A stretch of 58,861 nucleotides of DNA, the filler included, from Sphacelaria rigidula (lineage: Eukaryota), in the NCBI GenBank assembly GCA_964200075.2. It is 10 parts of 10 records of this genome, joined end to end, with 100 filler letters (N's around TTAATTAATTAA, not from the genome) between each part and the next. Parts side by side here need not be neighbours in the genome. Positions count along the whole stretch, not along the records: positions 23,586 to 29,381 come from CAXNAA020024402.1; positions 29,482 to 35,277 come from CAXNAA020024403.1; positions 35,378 to 41,173 come from CAXNAA020024404.1; 7 more parts are not named here. One strand, given 5' to 3'. How positions within the stretch are numbered: position 1 is the stretch's first letter; the number at the start of each line of letters is the position of its first letter. Positions 24,841-35,924 of this stretch are shown here, one piece after another. The notes beneath the pieces are model-generated. The model was not told the origin of the DNA. It saw only the letters and a program-made list of their open reading frames with translations, and searched no databases. Made by a program: the position numbers and the translations under genes.

Positions 24841-26097
24841 CTGCTCAGCACAAACACGAAAAACATATCCAGGGAGTAGTCCATACAACAGGCAAACAGA
24901 CGCGCAGTCGCACAGATGGACAGGCACGGAGGCAGGTCGTCATGAACAAGTTCATATAAAAACAAAACATCAGGGTGACGATCGTTACATATATAGGGCG
25001 AAATCACTTCAGCGGAGATCGGTCGACCACGGAAGCATGTGCTGATCAGGTGCTCGCCGGTAACAGGGTGCAAGGAAGGTACCATGTACCGGGGGGCAGA
25101 TATGGGTTGATCCCTTGCGACCACAGACTCACCCTGAGTAAGGGACGGGGGGTGGGAAAAAAAGAAAGAAAAGCACTCATCTCAAAAGAGTACGAGGAAG
25201 GTAACTGCTCTCTTGCTAATACGCTCATACACATACACCCCCGACTTCTCGCATAAACCCTACTGGAGAATGACTTTACCAACCCCTCTCTACCTCATGA
25301 GACTGTGATGTGAATTCCGGCCCGTTTCATTTCTCTCGAACCTATGCTTCTTATCCTGTACCGTTGGGTTGATGCACTCCGGTATATGCGATGCACTCCG
25401 TAGCGAACGATAATGGCATGGTTCCCCGTCCCACATTTTTCAAGTCGAGCATGTTCCCACGTCTACTCATTCCCTCTGTTTGTCGGGACAGCTAGAACGT
25501 CGTTTTTATTTTTCGTTCATGTCTCCAAATCCGTTCTCTGACTTAATCTACCCTTTGAGCGCTACGAGGAGTATATTCAAGTCCATGTACAGCATGTATG
25601 CCAAAGTACCGCTTTGAGGTATTGATATGTTCACGCTCCTGCTTCTGCTGTGGGAATCCCAAGCTCTTCATGGCCATAGCATTTTGATCCATTTCGGCCA
25701 GACTTTCCTAGGTTTTGAAGGATAAATGTGATACAAATAGGGTCACATATCATTACTGATATAATTGATTCACCAAAGTGACACAACGTATCGCTCAGTG
25801 TCGGTGATCTTCTCACCCATGTCGCAAGTTTGCCGTTACCAGCTAAACATGATATTCACGTCATTATCCAATGGGCAATGACCAAAGTGCGATTGGACTC
25901 GCGCTCTTGCCTTGGGCCCAAATGCAAACACTCGTTATCGGGAACCGCGGATCTATCGCGAAAATAAATCAGTCGATTCACCAGTCAACTTGTCGCGAAA
26001 ATATCGTCAAATAATACGGATACAACGCCCTGGACAAGATGCTTCAGCCAACCAGTCGACCAGTCAATGAATCAATTCGGCGGTTCTAGAAAGCCAC

Positions 26098-26314
26098 CTC
26101 TGCCAGCCCCGCCGCTAAATCTCCTCCGATCCAGCTCTTCTGATAACTCCTGATCGTCATGAGGAACGGCAGTCGGTCCACCCACGCCTTGAGAGAATCT
26201 CCCCCGGCCATCCCTCGCTCCCTCTTGCGGCGGATCCTTCGCGATATGGAAGATGACACTTTGCGCACGTACACCCGGATGTCCGCTGTGATCGATTTCG
26301 CCAAGCCGCCCCTC
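26098..26314 (-). CDS. SLC26/SulP transporter exon (RGGLAKSITADIRV...RLPFLMTIRSYQKSWIGGDLAAGLAE)
   Basis: 217-nt exon (tatgcAG / GTggct), phase 2 in and phase 0 out. It carries the P-h-h-x-x-h-x-x-Y...D-L-x-A-G-L motif that precedes TM1 and joins in frame to 24840. Confidence 0.9.
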
Positions 26315-26604
26315 CTGCATACAAGATGAACGCGTGTGCGTTAGACAATGACAAAGTATTCATGGCAGAGCCGCGATCCAAGAAACGAAATAATGAGGGC
26401 GGGGGCTGGGAAGGGGATGATTTTTCATCATTTTCTTCAGCGGACTGAGTAATTTTCTGATTTTGCTCGCTTTCCAAGGTCACGCAACATTCAACAGATC
26501 AGCACTTCGATGCATACGCTCTACACTGGTGGGAAGCGAATAACGGCCTCCTCGAGACACAGCGTGTACTTAGTATAAACGGTGGTCTAGCCATCCTGCC
26601 TTCT

Positions 26605-26730
26605 TGCTGCTACTGCTGCTGCTTCTTCTACCACTACCACCACCACCACCACCACCACCACCACTACTATTAGTAAGCTAGTACTAGTACTAGTACTAGT
26701 ACTAGTACTGCTGCTGCTGCTGCTGCTACA
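26605..26730. repeat. Compound microsatellite (CTG)n(CCA)n(TAGTAC)n(CTG)n in an SLC26 intron
   Basis: Read directly. Confidence 0.9.
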
Positions 26731-26960
26731 TCCTACATCTACGACCTCTTTCTCCAAGAGAAATAGATACACGACACTACACGCAGGCCGAGAGCGAGTC
26801 ATAGCCTCCGATGGGCGCAGTGCCTTGGATCACACAGAAATAAACGCTGTTTCTTCGAAAACACATAGAAACAACAACAACAACAACAACAGCAGCCGCA
26901 ACAGCAACGACAAGGACAAGATACCTCAATCGCCATCCAAATGGATGGAGCGTAACTCAC

Positions 26961-27148
26961 AGTTCGATGGACTCGTTATTATTGTGTCCTCTCTCCGGAT
27001 GCAGGCTCCTCAGCTGCTCGTACGTCTTCAGGTCGGACCCTCTCCTTCGATTGTACGGCACATCATGTTCGTGCTCGTTGTCGGACTCCAAAGTGTCCAG
27101 TCTGCCTCTATAGTACGGCCCGTCGGGGTGTCGCGTCGCCGGGCCCAG
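26961..27148 (-). CDS. SLC26/SulP transporter N-terminal exon (LGPATRHPDGPYYRGRLDTLESDNEHEHDVPYNRRRGSDLKTYEQLRSLHPERGHNNNESIE)
   Basis: 188-nt open exon (aaaacAG / GTgagt) ending in phase 2, matching the phase of the next exon. The start-codon exon was not located. Confidence 0.75.
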
Positions 27149-27347
27149 CTGTTTTTTAGTCGTGCAACGAGAGAGAGAGAGAGGATGATGTACAAACGTC
27201 GCAAAAATATGAAAACACCTTGGGTCACGTGTCGTACAACCGGTCCTGCCTCATCACCGATACGGCCAAAGTCTTACAGAGCCCCATGTTTGGATTTGGG
27301 CTTGAACGAGGTGGGTCGTAGAGTCTTCTCCTCATACTTAGTCGCCG

Positions 27348-27690
27348 GTCGTCCCGGTGGCTCAGTCGGTAACCTCGAAACCTTCTGACGGTTGGGTCGT
27401 GGGTTCGAATCTCGGAGCGATCTGGGATTTTTCCTCACACCATGCCCAACAGTCGAGAGCGTCTGTGTCGTGGGTACACAGAATTCGACTCCATGGTCGA
27501 CGAGGGAAAGGAACCGCTGAACCCCGTTCGCGATAAAAAAATAAAGGCAAGCACCGCAGAAGGAAGGTGGAGAACTAAAAAAAATCCTGTGTTGATCTTC
27601 CGCTGTGTGACCCCGCCTGGTGTGTCCACATATACCGAAAGGTGTAGACCGGCGTCTAGAATAGATGGGACGACAACACAAAACACACAC
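27348..27690 (+). mobile_element. tRNA-derived SINE, apparently full length (~340 bp)
   Basis: Pol III A box TGGCTCAGTCGG (27358-27369) and B box GGTTCGAATCT (27402-27412) at tRNA-like spacing, followed by a non-tRNA body and an (AC)-rich tail. Two more copies lie at 30213-30565 and ~30568-30815. Confidence 0.85.
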
Positions 27691-30212
27691 TTAAGGTTGA
27701 GAAAAGACGACACCATAATTTCTTCCGTCTCACAATTTTGTCCAGAGGTCATTCTCCAAACCTCGGAGCCAAGCGAAAATGAAAAGTGGGCTGAGCTCCT
27801 CTCGGTGTGGAGGATCAAAATATCCAAGACGTGTCATGGCGATGTTCCCTCTTTGCGGGCCAAAAACCGTGTCAAAAAGTCCTCAAAAGTGAAGAAAAAA
27901 ATCCGACGCCCCCCGGAAATACGGACCGCAAGAAACGGTCAAAGGCACGGCTAGTTAGCAGCCCTTTGTTCAGGACGGTTGCAGGATATTCACCACCCAG
28001 GCTGTCACTACTGTGCACGAGCATTGGTACATTAAATAAACTGAAGTAACAACCGTTTGTATTCAGAAAATAGGGATTTCGGAAATAATTCCAGTACAAC
28101 TCTGTGGTCAAGGGGTACCGTGGAGCGTTACCGTACGTGGCAGAAGATATCACACCTCCATAATATACCACACACCCCTTCGAGAAATCACACAACACCA
28201 CACCCGTGCGCTTTTTTAAAAAAAACGCATGGGTGACGGTGACATAAGAAGTTACTCCCCATACAAAATATCACACCAGTATGACAAATTTTTCACGCTG
28301 GAAGTGTCATCACACGGATGTGATATCTTATGCAACCTACGGTGGGCTAACTGACCGGTCCTGGGGTACGGTCATCCTCCTCCCCCTCGGTGGTAGTAGC
28401 CGAAGCTGTGTGCTCGGGGTCCTGCTCTGCGTCAAGCCACATGTCTCCCACAAATACCGCTCCATTCCTGTAAGTTCACGATCCACGTCCATAAACAATT
28501 ACTGGAACGAAATCATACACTATCCCAGGCACATCGTTCTATTCCCGTTTGTCAATACGGTCAACCATGAGGATAAATCTGTAACGATTGGGACGAGTCA
28601 GGCACATGAATTGCGATGACTACAATGTAATTATCCGCTATGTCTCTTTTCCTTGTTTGTTCACAGCTGAATAATAGATATCATGGAAATACAAAGGAAA
28701 ACCAAACAACATACGTCAGATCTCACGACCATCGTGCACACGCTTCATCCACGGGACGATCACGGACTACGGAAATAAAATTGTTGTTGTTGTTGTTGTT
28801 GTTGTCGTCTTCACATGAAAACCTTTTCGATATTTGCGCGGGACATTCGTACTGAGCATCTGATGCGGACGTCTTCCGTGGTCACAGGCTAGCAACCTAT
28901 AATAAGGTAGGAAGAAAAAGAAAAAAAACTGGATTTAAACTCACAAAACGCGATACAAGCAAAACAGGGATGAATAATAAAGAAGACGGAACATACGTAT
29001 GGCTGATCTCAAAAGATCCGGTGCCGCAGGTGGCCATTCGGACTTCAGGGGGTGGAACTCGGTTTTCCAACTCGACGCGCGAGGCCAAGCAGAAATGAAC
29101 ATAGGGTCCGCTATCTACTGCATGGCACTTTGTATACCGCAGACACCCTACAGTTGTACGGAGTAGTTCAAGGGTCGGACAAATAAGGATTCGTCTGGAG
29201 ATTACTTAGTTTTAAAATGATGAGTCGACTCGTGACGAATCAATCCCTACGCTTTATTTCAGCGTTGCAACCCACGTACACGCAGCCCAGACACGTGGAA
29301 TGGCGCAAAAGCTGCGTGGCTACCCCTTCATCCAGCGATCAACTTATTTTTTCCTGTTTCGAAATCGTGTCTAGGAAAGAANNNNNNNNNNNNNNNNNNN
29401 NNNNNNNNNNNNNNNNNNNNNNNNNTTAATTAATTAANNNNNNNNNNNNNNNNNNNNNNNNNNNNNNNNNNNNNNNNNNNNCTCTTTTTTCGTGCAACCA
29501 AATACCCCCCCCCCTATCGTAGGATGACTCGCTTGAACCCCATTTGAGTGTTCAATCCCAAAAATTAGAATCTGATGTTCAATCGAGTTTTTCATTCCGT
29601 GTGTAGTCCTCTTTGCCTCCATCACTGGCGTGTGCTTACAGCTACTGTACAGAACAATATTTTCGTGGATTTGACAGTTGAAGATCCAAATGAGAGTGGC
29701 ATTTTTTTCGACCGGCGTGACATCCACCTTTTTCAAATGTTACACGACACGTTGCGTTCTAGCATAATAAGAGGCCCGTTGACCCTTACAGCAGTAGTAG
29801 ACCTGATGAAATGTTCGTACACGCAATGGTTGACAGGGATGACTTCTCGATTTTAGAGTTGATAAAGTTCTAATAAAATGGTTTGGGGCAGGTGAGTAGT
29901 TGACCCAGCTCGTCCTGAACGTGTTTTTGTCAAAATCGGAGCCTGTCGCGACGATTCGAAGTCTGCCAACGCACACTTTGCCTAAAGGAAACTATGCACC
30001 CTCCTCTCCCGAGGGTCTCGTGCGCCTTGGGTCGGGGTTAGTGTTAATGTGAGTCTATAACATTCAGTGAGGTTCCCCATCAACCGTTATCTACGAACAT
30101 TTCTTCACGTCTTTTTTCGATAGACCACGAGTGTAGGTCACCTGCTGAATCGGCATCAATTTTCACTTGAAAAAATTATGCGTGCTCCAGATGGACCACC
30201 CGCACCGCAGCG

Positions 30213-30815
30213 GTCGCCCCGGTGGCTGACACTTTCTACGATAACCCCCCCCAAAAAGTGCATGGTTTTGGGAGGCAAGATCTTCACATAAATCAAAATG
30301 GGAAAAGCCGAGCACAACGAAAAGCTGGGAATCCCCACGCTTGGGATGGTTTTGGGGGGGGGGCTATCTTAGAAAGTGTCGGCTCAGTTGGTAACTTCGG
30401 AATCTAATGACGGTTCGGTCGTGGGTTCAAATCTCGGAGCGATCTGGGATTTTTTCTTACACCATGGCCAACAGTGGATAGCGGCTATGTCATGGGTACA
30501 AGAATTCGACTTGATGGTCGACGAGGGAAAAGGACTGCTGAACCCCGCTCGCGATAAAAAAAAAAGTGTTTCAGTTGGTAACCTCGGAATCTACTGACGG
30601 TTGGGTCGTGGGTTCAAATCTCGGAGCGATCTGGGATTTGTTTCACGCCATGGCCAACAGTGGATAGCGACTATGTCGTGGGTACACACAAATTCGACAT
30701 GATGGTCGACGAGGGAAAACGACTGCTGAATCCCTCTCGCGATAAAAAAAGGAAAGGCAAGCACCGCAGAAGGAAGATGGAGTACCAAAAACAAATGGGA
30801 CGACAACACACACAC
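30213..30815 (+). mobile_element. Two tandem copies of the tRNA-derived SINE (first 3'-truncated and split by a MITE, second 5'-clipped with an internal deletion)
   Basis: Both align with 27348-27690 (ggttcaaatctcggagcgatctgggattt...aattcgac...ggtcgacgagggaaa...cgcgataaaaaa). The second ends atgggacgacaacacacacac. Confidence 0.85.
30228..30380. mobile_element. MITE, 153 bp, TIR GACACTTTCTA(C/A)GATA(A/G)C(n)AAAA, perfect 4-bp TSD GGCT
   Basis: TIRs of ~28 bp at both ends, with GGCT at 30224-30227 and 30381-30384. Removing the element restores the SINE A box TGGCTCAGTTGG. Confidence 0.92.
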
Positions 30816-32260
30816 CCAAATCACGTGCTAAGGGTTAACCCTCAGACCGCGAGGGTAGGTGACCTACTGAATCGGCATCAATATTCACTTGAAAAAAGGA
30901 TGCGTGGTCGGCCTTGGTAGACCTCAAATCGGCGCCTGTGCAGTAGAGTTTACCGGCATCGGGCTACGTTTTAGAATAGCTTATATCTCTCGAATTGAGT
31001 GTGAACCACGAGAAGCGAAATTCATCGGGACTGACAGTCCCGTGTGCTTCTCGTGTGCGTACAAAACGCGTGTTTCGTTGAATTCGGCGCCACAGGCGCC
31101 GGTTTGGGGTCTACCAAGACCGCACTTTGTCTAGGGGATGTACGTTCCGCCCTCGCCCGAGGGTTCTCGGTGTGCGTTGGGTCGGGGTTAGGGTTGAGGG
31201 TAAGGGTGGCGATACTTGTAAAACTGTGTCAACCATTCTAAAACGTAGCCCAACCATCGTTAAGTACGGATTCCGTACGGAAGCCCTACAGCATCCGTCC
31301 GCTGTTGTTTGAAAGAACATTAAAAACGTGTCACACCGAGGGTGGGCCCGCTGTTTCTCCGGCACATTTTTCACTTCAAAATACCCACCCTGGTGATCAA
31401 ATGAGGTTTAAATTTTACAGCTGGCGGCAGGAAGGGATCACGCTCCCCGTGGCTTTGATGAAATTTGAGCCTTCAGAAATTGTCATGGACGAAGGGATGA
31501 ACCCAGCGGGATGATGGAGAATACGACGACTGCACTGTACTGTTATTTTATTCGGTCTTCCGTGTACATACAGTACAGTACTACACTGGCATGTGTACCG
31601 TCCTGTCTGTAGGCCATAACTTACTTTGCTGTAGGGATGGCACGGTGACCATCGTGGCGTTACCGATAGACTTAGCGCAACTGACACACAGTAGATTATA
31701 ATGTAATCGCCATGATGTTGTCTGTTCCAGTACACGCCGCTCTCTCTACCTTGGGTTTTCTGTGCTTCTCTGGATACACAAAAGCAGCACATTTTTTCCC
31801 TTTATAGTCTGTCGGTGTGCATCATACATGCATGGAGGATGGAGATAAGCGAGCAGGGAATTTTGAGCTTTGAAATAATCAACACAGAGCGCTTTATCGT
31901 TTTCGAGCTGGCAGTGGGAAGCCCAGCAGACTCGACCGTGCGACGAGTAGTGAGAGAGGAGAGAGAGTGTGACATAATGTTACTGTTGTACTACTACGTG
32001 TGACGAAATCACGTCGTCACGTTGAGTATGCAGTGATGATTGGATAATGACGTGGGATCTGTAGTGATGATATGGATGATTACATGGACACAGGGGTGAT
32101 ACCATGATGTGGTTTATGGAGCCGCCTGGATGGCACTCCTGACTAATGGAATGTTGTAAAGGCTGACAACTGAAACTGAGGCTAGTAAGACTGGGGAGTC
32201 CGTCAATAGCAGTGATCCAACAGTGCTTCCACTGGCTGGCGTCACACTATCGATACTAGT

Positions 32261-32512
32261 GACTGCTGCTGAGACAGCCCCCCCCCCCCGAACCGACCAA
32301 AAATGTGCACGAAGGCGATGATCATTAACGCCGTTAGTGCTGGTTTCGTGCTGCGCGACGCGACTCATTTGTACGTGTTAGCTGATTTCGGACTACCACG
32401 CGTCTCGTATGTGGGCGGAATTGCTGCAGACAAGCCCGATAGTGGGATCGCAGCCGGTTTGTCGGACGGTCTCCGGTGCACTTTTTGTGGGAGGGCTCTC
32501 TCGGCAGTAGTC
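32261..32512. mobile_element. MITE, 252 bp, TIR GACTRCTGCYGAGA.AGCCC, 4-bp TSD TAGT
   Basis: Terminal inverted repeats with TAGT at 32257-32260 and 32513-32516. Full-length inverted homolog at 51167-51415. Confidence 0.88.
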
Positions 32513-32647
32513 TAGTGCTAGTGCTAGTGAGTGCTAGAAATCTGCTGAAAAGGATCTCGGCGAAGTCTGACAGCTGGGGACAACCTGACATCACGGACGC
32601 GTGACGGGGACTCAAGCTGGTGGTGGCTGAAGAAAGGCGGATGGCCT

Positions 32648-35233
32648 GTGATTGATCCAGACTGGAGACTTGCTGAAGCTGCGTGCAGCGGGAGTTTGGA
32701 GGCTCCTACGACTGTCGGGTGCGGCGACGAAGCAAGGAAAGTGCAATTCGAGAAGGTCCGCTGGCCTGCAGAGGTTCGCAGGCAGCCGGTTACAGCTACA
32801 GCTATGGCTACCGGCTCACGCGGTACGTCCACCGTGACACCCGTTGTCATGCGGGAAGAATTGCGACCTCCCCGATACGAGGACAGGTACTCATAGAGTA
32901 CATCTCGCACTTTTTATACAAAGGGCTTAGAGTACAAGAGGGGTATGGAGCACGCTAATGCAGGGGGTGCCGTGCGGCATCAGGTGGTGCCTATGGCTCA
33001 ACAAGTACCGACTCATGTACAGAGAGTGTTCGCTCGTTTGGAACATAACAAGAGCACAATCACCTCGCCGCAATTGGTTGCAGCGATCGAAAAGCATGCA
33101 GGGCATGGGGCGGGCGCCGAGGTAGATCTGACCCAAGCGTCCGCGGCGGTGGCGAAAGCTGTCGCGATGGATGCTCGGGGGAAAACGATGTTGGAGCGTG
33201 TGGAGCCCATCTTGGCTAATTTGGAGAAGTACTTCACAGAAAATCCAAACGTAGAACTAGCATATCGTTCCCCAGAAGGTGAGTTTATTCCCTGCCCGGC
33301 AGCAGTAATCACTAAGGCTTTGGTGGAGGGGTTGGCACCGCGAAATTTCAAGCAAGCCTTGCTTGTCAAGCTGCAGCGCCAATCAGATTGGAAGGATCAC
33401 CCGTACCTGGTGATGAGCACCGTCGTGGCCGAGGCCAAGGAGCAGCGGAAAATAGAGGTGTTCGGCCAGTCGTCCACCTCTTCGCCGAAATATTTGCGCA
33501 ACCATGGCTCGATATCGGCTGGTCGCGCCGCGAGTATTACTTGCCACCGCTGTGGCCAGTTCGGCCATTACGCGCGCGATTGCCCAGCGTCTTCCGGTGG
33601 AGAGTCAGGGCAGTCTGGTGCCGCGCGCCATCAGCATCGTCAGCACAAGGGCAAAAGATGAGGTAATCGTGGTGGCGGCGGCGGATCCTCCGGCTATGGA
33701 GGGTCACAGGCGAGCCCTCCGCAGCAGTAGGGGCAGCGGCGTCAGCATGAGTCTGGCTCTGGGTCCGGCGCCTCTGTAGGTGCTGCTGCTCCGCAGCGGG
33801 CGGTGCAGGTGGGCCCGACTTCTACAGAGTCAAACACTGCGCCGGAGCCGGAGGTGGCGCTGGACGGAGGGCCGCTAAATTCTTGGTTTGCTGGCTGGGG
33901 GGCGTACCCGCCGGCGATGCCGTTTAAACCTGCCGGGGCGTCTTCGCCTGCGCAGCTTACACAGCCGTGACGTCAGGTGGGGTTAGCGGCGCAAAGGTCA
34001 GCGGAAGAAGTTCCCGTGGAGCTTACGGACAGATACATTCTGGCGGAGTTATGTCTTCCGAATCAACGACAGCGTGGAGCCATTGTGGTTCGGCCTGTGT
34101 TGGATTCTGGCGCCCACTTCACTAGTCTGCCGGTGCGGATGGTTGAGATGCTGGAGCAACAACTCCCGGGTGTGCCGCTTCGCATCCCGTTTTCGCTCGG
34201 GGCGCGGCAGGCAGTCACCGCGTCGGGTCAGGATATTTCAGTCACGGAGCGTACTGTTCCGTTGCAGCTAGCCTTCAAGACTGCTTGGGGGCTGGCACCG
34301 TTGCCTCCGATCTCGTTTGCGATTATGCCAGGGTCGGATGGCGTTGTTCTTCTGGGGCTGCCGACGCTACCGGGTCTAGGAGTTGGCCCGTATGAGCGGT
34401 TGAAGGACTCCGTCAAGACGCGGATGTCTCCGCCTGGTCCATGGTTGGAAACGGCCGCCTTTTTGGGCAGTCGTCGCGTGAGCTTGTCGGTGGATGCTTT
34501 TCAGGAGACTGGGGGGCAGGTGACCGAGGGGCGGGATGCGGCGCTGAAACGCTTAGTAGAGCGCGGCCCGGATCTTCATGGACCCGGTGGAAGAGGAGTC
34601 CGCTCGGAAGGTCGCGCTGGAGGAGAGCGTGACGGATGCTGTGGCGAAAGGCCTTAGCGTCTCCAAAGCGGAACGCCTGCGCGGCATCTTGCATCGCCGC
34701 GTCAACGCATTTCGTCGTGCGCTACGGGGTGATCTCCCTGTGCGCGTGGAGCCCGTGCGTGCTCAGCTGAAACCTGGGGCATCCGCGGTGGAGGCGAAGC
34801 CGTGGCGGTACGATCCGGTGAAGTCGAGCTGGTTGGCGTCGTGTATGGCGGCTTTTTTGGCGCTTGGGTTGGTAGTGCGGAACCTGGAGGCGGTATGGTC
34901 CAGTCCGACGATGACGGTTCCCAAGAAAGACTCGTGTCGCCTGGTAAGCGACTACAAGGCTGTAAATGATCAGGCTGAGAAGTCGCCGGGTGTGATGCCC
35001 AATCAAAAGTCGGACATGCGTGATCTCTTGAGTGCTCATTTTTTGGCAAGTTGGACCTCCTTCAAGGTTATTGGAAGATACCGTTGACGGAGGAGGCGCA
35101 GGAGATTTTCGCAATCACGACCCCGTTCGGCTTGTTTACCCCGAAGCGAGTACCGCAAGGCGTGTTGAATGCCACGGCATATTTTCAAGGTATCATGACC
35201 GAACTGCTGGTCAGCTTGAAATGCAAGACATGG
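32648..35233 (+). mobile_element. Decayed Ty3/Gypsy LTR retrotransposon: gag (CCHC knuckle), aspartic protease, N-terminal reverse transcriptase
   Basis: CHRCGQFGHYARDC zinc knuckle, LDSGA protease motif, and RT motifs WSSP..VPKKD..RLVSDYKAVN and DLLQGYW..L...AITTP.GLF.P.RVPQGVLNAT.YFQ. Gag and protease share one frame (32648, 32945, 33977) broken by four stops, and there are two frameshifts near and in RT. RT directly after protease gives Gypsy order. LTR and PBS were not confidently located. Confidence 0.93.
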
Positions 35234-35234
35234 T

Positions 35235-35277
35235 GTACTCATGCTCATGCATGCCATAGTCATAACACCATTGACCT
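35235..35277 (-). mobile_element. Family B short element inserted in the Gypsy RT, cut by the contig end
   Basis: gtactcatgctcatgcatgccatagtcataacaccattgacct matches other B copies. RT similarity stops here, just before the expected xVDD motif. Confidence 0.8.
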
Positions 35278-35924
35278 NNNNNNNNNNNNNNNNNNNNNNN
35301 NNNNNNNNNNNNNNNNNNNNNTTAATTAATTAANNNNNNNNNNNNNNNNNNNNNNNNNNNNNNNNNNNNNNNNNNNNAGATATGAACGATTTAAAAAACT
35401 TGTATCTTAATTGGCTCTGTATCTTAATTGGTACATTTCCCTCCAATGATTTGCCCCCCCTGACCAGGGGGTAGGGTGAATACTTCCATGTTTCGTTCAT
35501 TCAAGCCTCGCAATTTATGTTCACGGCTAATCGGTACCGTGCCTGGTGGCATGTATGCACACCGTATGACATTACGCTTAGACAAACAGATTTCCGTGCA
35601 TTAGCGGACGTCAGCCTAACAATGTCATTCTCTGTCAGTTGTATACACGGTCATGTACGAGGTGCGGTTATTGCGTGCACACGGAAACAATCACCCATGT
35701 ATTGAAAGTCGTGAAGTAAAGTCAAAGCACATGATTGGGTATGATTTCTTCAAAAATCGGAGCAAACACAACATAGCCCCGAAGTTCTCAAGCATGTATG
35801 ACTCGCCCATACCCTTTGGAGCTATCCACCAAGGGCAAAACTATCAATCACGGGGAACCACGTTAAAGTGACATTCAATTTCCATGACAATAACACACAT
35901 TTAACGCATCAATGATGTACTTCC

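Larger units (their letters stand above)
30120..30834 (+). mobile_element. piggyBac-like MITE interrupted by the SINE pair; another copy starts at 30839 after a shared TTAA
   Basis: 30121-30208 aligns with the 101-bp element at 51711-51811. The right end ...ctaaggg|TTAA lies at 30828-30838 and is followed at once by CCCTCAGACCGCGAGGGTAGG. The left terminus is degraded. Confidence 0.6.

Noticed and set aside
27348..27425. Functional tRNA gene
   Set aside because: No proper acceptor stem or T-stem closure, and it continues into a body repeated three times; it is a SINE head.
31530..32130. 5' LTR and PBS of the Gypsy element
   Set aside because: No second LTR in the contig to compare, and no convincing tRNA-complementary PBS.
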